Positions 21,224 to 30,703 of a DNA stretch of 64,000 bases are shown here, piece after piece; position 1 is the stretch's first letter, and each line of letters opens with the position of its first letter. This DNA comes from Nitrospirota bacterium (lineage in GTDB: Bacteria; Nitrospirota; UBA9217). The position numbers and the translations under genes were made by a program. The stretch is taken from NCBI GenBank assembly GCA_963751455.1, contig CAVVUN010000015.1:384001-448000 (forward strand), written 5' to 3'. The notes below the pieces were generated by a model. The model saw nothing but the letters and a program-made list of their open reading frames with translations. It was not told the DNA's origin and did not search any database.

Positions 21224-23907
21224 CTAATGTAATAGCCGTTCGAACTCCTTGGGTGGCACGGCCGGGCTGAAGTAGAAACCCTGGCCCATGTCGCACTTCA
21301 GCAGCCGCAGGATTTTCCATTGTTCTTCGGTCTCGATGCCCTCCGCGATCGTCCTGAGTCCGAGACTATGCGCCATGGTGATGATGGCCGTAACGAGAGA
21401 CGTAGTATCGGGATCGCTGGCAACGTCCCTCACGAAAGACTGGTCGATCTTGATGGTGTCGACCGGAAACTTCTTCAGATAGCTCAGCGACGAATACCCC
21501 GTGCCGAAGTCGTCGATGGAGATCCTCACGCCGATCTTCTTGAGTCTTTGCAGTATCGAGATCGAAATATCCTGGTCCTTCATAAAGATGCTTTCCGTTA
21601 TTTCCAGCGAAAGGCGGGCGGGGTCGATACCGGCCTCCCGCACGGTGTGCTCCACGGTTTCCACCAGATATTCGCTCCGGAACTGTGACGGCGAAAGATT
21701 GACCGCGATTGGAATACTTGACGCGCCGTTCGTCCACTGCCTGATCTGCGTGCATGCCGTCTGGAGCACCCACTTCCCGACATCGGCGATCATGCCTGTC
21801 TCCTCGAGCATCGGAATGAACTTGACCGGCGGAGACAAGCCCGAACTCGTCGTTGTTCCACCTGAGCAGGGCCTCCGCACCTGCCACCTTCCGCGTGGAC
21901 AGGATATGGTACGGTTGATACGACAGGATATATTCGCTGTTCCTCAGAGCGTCGGAAAGACGCCGCTCCATGAATACGAGTTCCGATATGCCTATATTCA
22001 TATCGGCAGTATAGAACTGATAGCGGTTCCTGCCCAGGTCCTTGGCTTTCGAGAGCGCAGTGTCCGCGTTCTTCATGAGCAGGCGCGCGTCTTTGCCGTC
22101 CGCGGGATAGATCGCTATTCCGATCGCCAGGGTCACAGAGATTTCCTCGCCCCCCGACATGATGATCTGCGGCACGTTCTTCATGATCATCTTCACGAAA
22201 AGGACAATGTCCGCGGGCCGTTCGATGTCATGGAGCGCGATCCCGAATTCGTCGCTGCCGAGGCGGCCGACAATGTCGCCTTTGTTGACGGAAACAGAAA
22301 GGCTTTCCGCCACCTGTTTCAGAACCTTGTTGCCCGCCTCGAGGCCGTAGATTTCGTTCAGATACTTGAAGCGGTCAATGTCGATTGCGAGCACGGCAAC
22401 CGACTTTTTTTGCCTTTGCCTTCCGCGGAAAGGTCCCGGTCCAGTCTCTCGGCAAACAGGCCCCGGTTCGGGAGTCCGGTCATGGCGTCGTAGGACGCCA
22501 GGTAGTCCAGCCGGTCCCGCATCAATTTAACGTGCGTCATATCGCTGCAGGTAAAGACAATGTGCGTGACGCTTCCCGCGTCGCCCTTGATGGGCGCTGC
22601 AACCGCGTCGAGATGGATATACTGACCGTCCTTGCCCGTGCAGACCATTTCCGCTTCAAACGTACGCCCGGAAAGCACCGTTTCCCACATGGTTCGGGAC
22701 CGCGCCGGGTCCTGCTGGTCCGGCTGCAGGAGCGCCAAGCCGCGGCCCATCAGCTCTTCGCGGCTGTACCCGGTGACTTTTTCCACTGCCCTGTTCAAAA
22801 ATTCCACGTTGCCTGCCGGGTCCGTGATTATCATGAGATCCGCCGCCTGTTCAACTGTAAGGGCAAGCTTTTTAAGCAGGTCTTCTGAACGTTTTTGCTC
22901 GGTGACGTCCCGGCTGACGACCGAAAAGCCGCGCAGACCGCTTTCGCCGTCACGGAGGGGTGTAACGATCGTGTGCGCCAGGAACGTTGAGCCGTCCTTT
23001 CTGACCCGCGTGCCGACCTGTTCATGGCGTCCATCCGCCTCGGCGATCTTCAGGCACTGGTCCGGTTTCCCGAGCTTGAGGTCGTCGGCCGGAAACAGGG
23101 AGGAATAATGCTTCCCGATAATTTCAAGACCGGTGAAGCCCTGGAGGCGCTCAGCTGCGGCGCTCCAGTGCAGTATGGCTCCGTTGGGATCGAGCATCAT
23201 GAAGGCGGCGTCCTTGAGGCCCTCGGTAAAAAGCCGGAAACGCTCTTCAAGATCCAGCAGTTCGCGGTTTGTCCGGCGGTACCGCGAGAATTCGCGGCCG
23301 ATGATAACGAGGGAGCAGAGAACGATGAGGAGTGCGCGGCGTAGCCGGCTGCTATAAGGGAAATATCTTTTTTGACATGGCGCTCCAGCAGGCGGTCCTG
23401 ATACGCGCTTATCATGAGCCCGTCCTGCTCGATGCCCGTCAAGGCGGATGCTATTTCTTCCGACAAACGTCTCCCGATGCCTGTTTGCACCAGAGCGTAC
23501 GATGCCCTTCCTTTGCCGTTTGTCCGGGCGGCTATGATCTGTTCCGTGTTTTGAATGCGCTGATCAACCAGCGGTTCCAGGCGCTGCATTCTCTGCTCGC
23601 CTGCCGCGCTCGCGCAGAGTTTCTTCAATTCGCGAAGATTCCTGCGAAGCTGGCTTGATATGTCCCGCGCGGCAATAAGGTAAATTTGTTCGCCTGATAA
23701 CGCGAATCCTAATTCAGCGGCTTCAATATCCTTGAGTCCTGAACGGATCCCGCTTGCCCATTTCAAGGTTGCGTAGTTAGAGGTAGTTGTTTCATTTAAA
23801 GCGGACCGGAGAGGATTATCGGTGAACAACTCGAAGCCGATGGCTGCGAAGCCAAGCAGCCCCGCCCCGAAAACAGCGAGTATTTTTTTCCAAAGACTCG
23901 AACCCAT
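21224..23907 (-). CDS. CHASE3-PAS-PAS-GGDEF-EAL signalling protein split by three frameshifts
   Basis: Four abutting ORFs give CHASE3 (DIEAAELGFALSGE), two PAS domains, a degenerate GSDEF, EALLRW and DDFGTGYSSL. Confidence 0.88.
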
Positions 23908-24283
23908 TTGTGGTTTCCCGAAGCGACGCCGAGCTCAAATTGCCTGGTCAGAAAGACTGCAGGGAAGTGCAGAAAGTTTCGGTCTCATTCTACCTGACAA
24001 TTAATATTTGTCAATTTTTTTTGTTTTGCCGTCGCAAAATTAAAGTGCGCCGGAGTTTTATGATTACTTATCTTCGGCTGTCGGCGCTCCGCAGCGCCAG
24101 GGCATGGTCTGCTTGTTCACCTGCGGCGATTCTTGAATTTCTTTATTTTTGCACAATTCTGTTGTATTATTACAGCTCGAAGCTGCGTGTTGTCTATCTC
24201 AGTATGGGACAGATTCTCACATTCGTTTGCGACCTTGCCCACGTTGAGGGCGCACGCTTCAGAATTCGTCAAAAGGGGGATGA

Positions 24284-25378
24284 ATGCAGAAGGAAGAACT
24301 GAAGAGCCTTGCATCCGTTGTTTCCAGGCTTTCCGCGCTCCTCACGAAGGACCGTGAAAACCTTCCTGTCGCCTATCTCAAGGATCCGGAACTTCGGAAT
24401 GCCTATATCCGATACTTTTTACCGGCGAACATGAAAAAAGTCCATTTGCCCTTAACGGATCTTTCGCTCAACCCGGCATCGCTTCCTGGCGCGCGGCTGC
24501 GCGTTCTCGACCTCGGCTGCGGTCCGGGCACCGCACTGCTGGGGGTCCTTTCATTTTTTGCGCAAAGGCCGCAGCGGCCCTCGCTTGCCTGCGTTGCAGT
24601 GGACCGGGTGGGAGAGAACCTGCGGGCGGCGGAAGATGTGTTCAACTCGTATACAAACAGCAATTCGCTCGACGCATCAATCAAGACGGTCCGGGCTGAC
24701 ATCGGGACAGAGTATGCTGTGGAGGGCCTGTTCGACCTTATATTGTTCTCAAACGTTCTGAACGAGCTTTACCCTTTCGATGAGGACCGCATTGAGCGCC
24801 GCGCGTCTCTTGTCAAGGCCGTGATGACGCGGCACCTGGCCGATACCGGCAGCTGCATCATCATCGAGCCGGCGCTTCGTACGACATCGCGCGAAATGCT
24901 CGAAATCAGAGACAATATCCTGGGGCAGGGCGCGCATATCTATTCCCCCTGCCTTGCACACGGGAAGTGTCCGGCGCTCGCAAACCCGCGTGATTGGTGC
25001 CACGAGGATATCGCATGGGACCCTCCCGCTGTCATAAAGGAGATCGACAGCCTTACCGGGCTGCGAAAGGATTCACTCAAATTTTCCTACCTGGTCCTCA
25101 GAAAGGACCGTTTGTCGCTCGCCGACATTCTCGGTCATCATTCGTTTCGAGTCGTGAGCGAGCCGCTTGTTTCAAAAGGTAAGCTGGAAATTTTCATATG
25201 CGGAGCGCCGGGGCGAAAGCTCGTAACGAGGCTCGACAAGGACAAGAGCCCGGAGAACCAATTCTTCGATGTGCTGAAGCGGGGTGCAATCGCCGGTTTT
25301 GCCGGGCTCATCGATGAGGGCACGAGATTTAAGATAGAGCAGGGGACAAAAGTAATTATTCACCGGCATGCGACATAA
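24284..25378 (+). CDS. Rsm22-family SAM-dependent methyltransferase
   Basis: AYIRYFLP, VLDLGCGPGT, IIIEP, SPC...CP...DWCH and FSYLVLRK motifs. Confidence 0.85.
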   Translation: MQKEELKSLASVVSRLSALLTKDRENLPVAYLKDPELRNAYIRYFLPANMKKVHLPLTDLSLNPASLPGARLRVLDLGCGPGTALLGVLSFFAQRPQRPSLACVAVDRVGENLRAAEDVFNSYTNSNSLDASIKTVRADIGTEYAVEGLFDLILFSNVLNELYPFDEDRIERRASLVKAVMTRHLADTGSCIIIEPALRTTSREMLEIRDNILGQGAHIYSPCLAHGKCPALANPRDWCHEDIAWDPPAVIKEIDSLTGLRKDSLKFSYLVLRKDRLSLADILGHHSFRVVSEPLVSKGKLEIFICGAPGRKLVTRLDKDKSPENQFFDVLKRGAIAGFAGLIDEGTRFKIEQGTKVIIHRHAT

Positions 25379-25475
25379 ATCCTTAAAAACGGTCTCACAC
25401 AAAGCCGCGAAGACAGAAAGAAAAATGCATACTGCCTGACCCGGACAAGCAGGAAACAAGACAAATTCATTTTAA

Positions 25476-25717
25476 CCGCGGATGCACACACCCTTCACTC
25501 GAAATATCGCAATACTTAGACCCTTTGTTGACCATCGCACTAAGAAACGTGTGACGGGAATCAAGGACCGCAGAGACGGGAATCAAGGACCTCATAAACG
25601 CGCCCTGTACTCGCGCTGTGCACTCGTGGCACTGGGTGCAGGCTGGGTGCAGGCGGATGGATGGCCACAGATAATCAATCAAGTTCTCATCCGTGCTAAT
25701 CTGTGTCAATCCGTGGC
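25476..25717. repeat. composite nested palindromic element
   Basis: CCGCGGAT...ATCCGTGG periodic host. An ACCC..GGGTGCAGGC element (25490-25654) sits inside it and itself contains a second copy (25602-25643) and a 17-bp direct repeat. Confidence 0.75.
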
Positions 25718-25769
25718 AAAAAAGTCTTAACGTTCTTGCTTTCAGCTCCGATTTTCCGTACGATGGATC

Positions 25770-26276
25770 ATGACCAGATACCGACCCCCACAGAAACCCG
25801 GCTCGAAGTACATTACGCCGGAAGGAAAAAAGCGTTTGAGCGATGAGTTCGAATACCTCTGGAGGGAAAAGCGTCCGGAGGTGACCGCGGCTCTTGCCGC
25901 GGCTGCTGCGGAAGGGGACCGCTCTGAAAACGCCGAATACATCTACCGCAAAAAGCAGCTGCGGGAAATCGATGCCCGCATTCATCACCTCAAAAACCGG
26001 CTGGAGCATATCGTAGTTGTCGACACCAAGCCTGACGATGAGTCCATAGTGTTCTTCGGCGCGTGGGTCCGGCTCGAAGACGAAGAAGGAAATGTGAGCG
26101 AGTACCGCATCGTCGGACCCGATGAGTTCCACCATACCCCCGGGTCAATCAGCATGGACGCTCCTATGGCGCGTGCGTTAATGAGGAAGTCCGAGGGCGA
26201 AGAAGTTATTGTGAAACGTCCCAAGGGAGATGCAGTGTTCACGATAGTAAAAGTGCAGTACAAGCCGTTCAAATAG
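25770..26276 (+). CDS. greB: transcription elongation factor GreB
   Basis: YITPEG, LW..KRPEVT, GDRSENAEY, VFFGAWV and ISMDAPMARAL motifs. Confidence 0.92.
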   Translation: MTRYRPPQKPGSKYITPEGKKRLSDEFEYLWREKRPEVTAALAAAAAEGDRSENAEYIYRKKQLREIDARIHHLKNRLEHIVVVDTKPDDESIVFFGAWVRLEDEEGNVSEYRIVGPDEFHHTPGSISMDAPMARALMRKSEGEEVIVKRPKGDAVFTIVKVQYKPFK

Positions 26277-26744
26277 CGGCACGCCCGAGCGTAAAGTTCA
26301 GGGAACCAGTTTCTTCCTGTACTGTACAGTCAGAGAGTATCGTGATTGGTATTGAGTACAACCGGTAATTGAGAGTCGATTGTCACTTAAATCATTCGAC
26401 ACCCAGAAGTGATTTTGCCAATTCTTTAATCCTCAATTCGCAATTGAAACAAAGGCATTTCTGTGCTATTCTCGCTTCAATGGCGGCCGGAAATCCCTTC
26501 CTTGTTTCCGCATCTGCGTCCTCTCCTGCAATAGTGACGATTGAACTTGATTGGTTTGAACGTCCGTGCAACAATCTATTGAAATTTTTTTTTGTTGCTT
26601 GATTTCATATTCCCAGGCCTGCATGAGAGTAAAACTTACAAAAAAATAACAAGATGCTCAACTCGCACGACACATTCCTGAACATACAGCAGGTCCTACC
26701 CTGAGAGAACAAGATCGGCGGACGACGCATGGAATTTAGATACT

Positions 26745-28199
26745 ATGTTTGAACAGTCATTCAAAAACATTGACGACGTCCTCTGGAAAGAGGCCGGCTG
26801 CACCACCGAGCTGGATTATACCGAGCAGACCTCGTGGCTTCTCTTCCTGAAGTACCTCGATGACCTGGAGCAAGATAAGAAGACCGAAGCTGAGTTGGAG
26901 GGTAAGAAATACACCTTCATCCTCGACAAAGACTACCGATGGGAAAGCTGGGCTGCGCCCAAGGGCAAAGACGGCAAACTCGACCATAACAAAGCTCTGA
27001 CCGGAGACGATCTGCGCGACTTTGTGGATCGCAAGCTCTTTCCGTATCTGCACAAGTTCAAGCAGAAGGCAAGCGGACCGAACACGATCGAGTACAAGAT
27101 CGGTGAAATATTCGGGGAGATTAAAAATAAGATTCAGAGCGGCTACAACTTGCGGGAGATCATCGACCACATAGACGAACTGCATTTCCGCTCACAGAAC
27201 GAGAAACACGAGCTGTCAGACCTCTATGAGGCCAAGATCAAGAACATGGGCAATGCTGGCAGGAATGGCGGCGAGTATTACACCCCGCGTCCACTTATCC
27301 GCGCAATCGTTCATGTAATCAAGCCCAAAATGGGAGAGCAGATCTATGATGGCGCTGTCGGATCGGCAGGGTTCTTGTGCGAAGCGTTTGATTATCTCAA
27401 GGCAAAGAAGAACCTGACCACGAAGGACCTCAAAACGCTTCAAGAACGCACCTTTTACGGGAAGGAAAAGAAGTCCCTTGCCTATGTTATTGCGATCATG
27501 AATATGATCCTGCACGGCATCGAAGCGCCGAACATCATCCATACCAACACACTCTCCGAGAATCTTGCCGACATTCAGGAGAAGGACCGCTATGACGTGG
27601 TGCTGGCCAATCCGCCCTTTGGCGGCAAGGAGCGCAAGGAAGTGCAGCAGAACTTTTCGATTCGCACCGGCGAGACCGCCTTTCTCTTCCTTCAGCACTT
27701 CATCAAAATTCTGAAGGCGGGTGGGCGCGGCGGTGTGGTCATCAAGAACACCTTCCTCTCGAACACTGACAACGCCTCGGTGAGTTTGCGCAAGATGCTG
27801 CTTGAAAACTGCAACCTGCAAACCGTGCTCGATTGTCCCGGCGGCACGTTTCAGGGCGCGGGTGTGAAGACCGTGGTGCTGTTCTTTGAAAAAGGCGCGT
27901 CCACCCGCAAGGTCTGGTATTACCAGCTTGATCCCGGCCGCAATCTTGGGAAGACCAACCCGCTCAATGACACCGACCTCGCTGAGTTTGTGAAACTGCA
28001 AAAGACCTTTGCTGACTCGCCCAAGAGTTGGAGCGTTGATACGAAAAACATCGACAAGACAACCTTTGACCTCTCCGTGAAGAACCCGAACGGCGGCGAG
28101 GAAGTAAAGCACCGCAACCCAAAAGAGATTATGAAGGAAATCGCCGCGCTGGATGCAGAGAGCGCGAAGGTGCTGACGAGGATTCGGGAGCTGCTATGA
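26745..28199 (+). CDS. hsdM: type I R-M methyltransferase subunit (N6-adenine)
   Basis: GEYYTPRP, YDGAVGSAGFL and ANPPF motifs. Confidence 0.95.
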   Translation: MFEQSFKNIDDVLWKEAGCTTELDYTEQTSWLLFLKYLDDLEQDKKTEAELEGKKYTFILDKDYRWESWAAPKGKDGKLDHNKALTGDDLRDFVDRKLFPYLHKFKQKASGPNTIEYKIGEIFGEIKNKIQSGYNLREIIDHIDELHFRSQNEKHELSDLYEAKIKNMGNAGRNGGEYYTPRPLIRAIVHVIKPKMGEQIYDGAVGSAGFLCEAFDYLKAKKNLTTKDLKTLQERTFYGKEKKSLAYVIAIMNMILHGIEAPNIIHTNTLSENLADIQEKDRYDVVLANPPFGGKERKEVQQNFSIRTGETAFLFLQHFIKILKAGGRGGVVIKNTFLSNTDNASVSLRKMLLENCNLQTVLDCPGGTFQGAGVKTVVLFFEKGASTRKVWYYQLDPGRNLGKTNPLNDTDLAEFVKLQKTFADSPKSWSVDTKNIDKTTFDLSVKNPNGGEEVKHRNPKEIMKEIAALDAESAKVLTRIRELL

Positions 28200-28858
28200 A
28201 AAAAAATGGGAATAATGAGAACTCTGTGAAAAATGGGAGTCATGGGAGGAAGCCTTCTCATAACTCGCATAATTCCCCTGATTCCCAGCCCTCGATTTTG
28301 CCTCCGAGAGGCGATTATAAGACCTTGCTCTCTTACCAGAAGTCAGAGGTTGTCTATGAAATAACCTACCGCTTTTGTAGCCGATTCCTCGCCAAAGGCG
28401 ACCGCACCATTGATCAAATGGTGCAGGCTGCCCGATCAGGAAAGCAAAACATCATTGAGGGCAGCAAAGCCGCTGTGACTTCAAAGGAGACCGAGATAAA
28501 ACTGACGAATGTCGCGCGTGCAAGCCTGGAGGAATTGCTTGAGGATTATCGGGATTTTCTGCGCGTGCGCGATATGCAGATCTGGGACAAAGACAGCCGC
28601 GAAGCGCTCTATGTCCGTGAGTTGAGCAAGACGACTCCTCTGACGTTTGATGTCTTTCGCGAATTTGTGGAAACCCGCCCAGCAGAGGTCGTGGCCAATA
28701 TCGCCATCTGCCTGATTCACCAGGCCAACTACCTGCTCGACCAGCAACTCAAAGGACTCGAAAAAGCGTTCCTCAAGGATGGCGGCTTGCGGGAACGGAT
28801 GACGCGCGCCCGCCTGCAGATGCGGGATCAGCAGCGCAAAGGGCGGGCAAAGATATGA
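28196..28858 (+). CDS. four-helix-bundle (23S IVP/Avd-like) suffix-domain protein
   Basis: GDYKTLLSYQKS, RTIDQMVQAARSGKQNIIEG, VARASLEELLEDY and FLKDGGLRERMTRAR motifs; ATGA overlaps with both hsdM and hsdS. Confidence 0.88.
   Translation: MKKNGNNENSVKNGSHGRKPSHNSHNSPDSQPSILPPRGDYKTLLSYQKSEVVYEITYRFCSRFLAKGDRTIDQMVQAARSGKQNIIEGSKAAVTSKETEIKLTNVARASLEELLEDYRDFLRVRDMQIWDKDSREALYVRELSKTTPLTFDVFREFVETRPAEVVANIAICLIHQANYLLDQQLKGLEKAFLKDGGLRERMTRARLQMRDQQRKGRAKI
28206..28287. repeat. 9-nt periodic palindrome inside the four-helix-bundle gene
   Basis: Five ATGGGAA-like units at 28206, 28215, 28224, 28233 and 28242, followed by four TTCCCAT-like inverted units. Confidence 0.75.
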
Positions 28859-30702
28859 AGGCGGGATGGCAACATAAAAAGATCGGCGATTTGTGCGAGG
28901 TCATTGCGGGCCAATCGCCTGATGGAAATTTTTACAACTCCGACGGCAAGGGAAAGCCCTTCTACCAAGGGAAAAAAGGCTTCGGAGAGAAGTTAATCGG
29001 AGCCCCGACGACGTGGACGACTCAAGTTACAAAGATTGCCCAAAAGGGAGACATCCTGATGTCGGTGCGTGCTCCTGTTGGGCCAGTGAACTTCGCAACC
29101 GATGAGATATGCATTGGCAGAGGCTTAGCCGCAATACGCAGCAATCCTGAACTTGACCGTGATTTTCTATTTTACCAAATGCTGCATTTGCAACCCACGA
29201 TTGCAGGTAAGGAAGGAGCGGTCTTCGCCTCAATCAGCAAATCGGAAATTGAAGCCTTACCTCTCTCTTTCCCGCCGCTCCCCGAACAGCGGCGTATCGT
29301 CGGAATCCTTGACGAAGCGTTGGATGGCATCGCCATTGCCAAAGCCAACGCCGAAAAGAATCTCCAAAACGCCCGCGCCCTGTTTGAAAGCCACCTGCAA
29401 GCCGTCTTCATTCAGAGCGGTCACGGGTGGGAGGAGAAGCGGTTGGGTAACGAGAGCCTGATAGAAATCGTTGATGGCGACCGAGGAGTAAATTACCCAA
29501 AAGCCACAGATTTTCATGATGAGGGCGACTGCCTCTTTTTGAACACGAAGAATGTCCGACCTGATGGTTTCGACTTTACGTCCACTATGTTTATTACGGC
29601 GAAAAAAGATGGACAGCTTCGTAAAGGTAAGCTCAAACGAGACGATGTTGTTCTGACAACACGTGGCACCATTGGTTATGTCGGGCATTACTCGGAAGAC
29701 GTTCCATTCGACGATATCCGAATCAATTCGGGAATGCTCATTTTTCGACCTAACAAACGCTCACTGCTGCCCTCGTTTCTCTTTGAGCTGCTGAGGTCTG
29801 AAATCGTGAAGGAGCAGATAAAGAAGTACACGACTGGCGCAGCACAACCACAGTTACCAATAAAAACACTGGTCAACTTCACGATCCCAGTTCCTAAAGA
29901 TCTCAAAGATCAACGTGCCCTCGTTGCAAAACTGCGTGCTTTTGAACCAGAAACCCAACGCCTCGCCTCTTTCTACCAGCAAAAACTTGCCGCGCTCGCA
30001 GAGCTGAAAAAATCCCTCCTTCACCAAGCCTTCTCCAGCGAGCTGACCAAGGCTTCGGTAAAAGCCGCCGTCATTCCGTTCCCCATAGCCATATCCAATA
30101 TCACCACGACTGATCTTCACGCAGGCATTCTCGCCATGGCATATCAAATGCACGAAAAGCATGGGAGGCAAAGCAACTACGGGCATGTGAAAGCGGAAAA
30201 GATAGCCCACATGATCGAGGCTTATGTGGGTATAGATCTCGGACGAAACCCGGTCAAGGACGCAGCCGGGCCGAATGACTTTCAGCATCTAATGAAGGTC
30301 GAGTCTCGGGCGCGCAAGGCCCGCTTTTTCGATTTCAAGCGGGTCAAGGGTTCAGCCTACCGAGTCACCAAGTACCGACAATTCGACTCGTTGATCACGC
30401 GAGCACGGCAGGCGCTTGGAGATCGCATAGCCGCAGTAGACCGCTTGCTCGCATTCATGTTGCCGATGGATACGCAACAGGCCCAGATATTCTGCACAGT
30501 GTACGCCGCTTGGAACAATCTTATGCTGGACCAGCAGCAGCCTATCACCGACGAGCAAATTGTTCTCGAAGCAAGGGAGCACTGGCATCCCGAGAAGCTC
30601 AAAATTCCGCGCGGAAAATTTTTCAGCGCAATCGAATGGCTCAGAGAAAAGGGCCTCACTCCGCTGGGCAGAGGGAAAAAAGTAAACAGAAGGGCTAAGT
30701 AG
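28855..30702 (+). CDS. hsdS: type I R-M specificity subunit with an extra ~218-aa C-terminal domain
   Basis: Two TRDs, PPLPEQRRIV, and conserved LKKSLLHQAF; the ORF continues well beyond the normal end. Confidence 0.9.
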   Translation: MKAGWQHKKIGDLCEVIAGQSPDGNFYNSDGKGKPFYQGKKGFGEKLIGAPTTWTTQVTKIAQKGDILMSVRAPVGPVNFATDEICIGRGLAAIRSNPELDRDFLFYQMLHLQPTIAGKEGAVFASISKSEIEALPLSFPPLPEQRRIVGILDEALDGIAIAKANAEKNLQNARALFESHLQAVFIQSGHGWEEKRLGNESLIEIVDGDRGVNYPKATDFHDEGDCLFLNTKNVRPDGFDFTSTMFITAKKDGQLRKGKLKRDDVVLTTRGTIGYVGHYSEDVPFDDIRINSGMLIFRPNKRSLLPSFLFELLRSEIVKEQIKKYTTGAAQPQLPIKTLVNFTIPVPKDLKDQRALVAKLRAFEPETQRLASFYQQKLAALAELKKSLLHQAFSSELTKASVKAAVIPFPIAISNITTTDLHAGILAMAYQMHEKHGRQSNYGHVKAEKIAHMIEAYVGIDLGRNPVKDAAGPNDFQHLMKVESRARKARFFDFKRVKGSAYRVTKYRQFDSLITRARQALGDRIAAVDRLLAFMLPMDTQQAQIFCTVYAAWNNLMLDQQQPITDEQIVLEAREHWHPEKLKIPRGKFFSAIEWLREKGLTPLGRGKKVNRRAK

Positions 30703-30703
30703 G

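Noticed and set aside
21224-23907. Four separate signalling genes or programmed frameshifting
   Set aside because: The domains join into one standard architecture and the breaks match the window-wide indel pattern.
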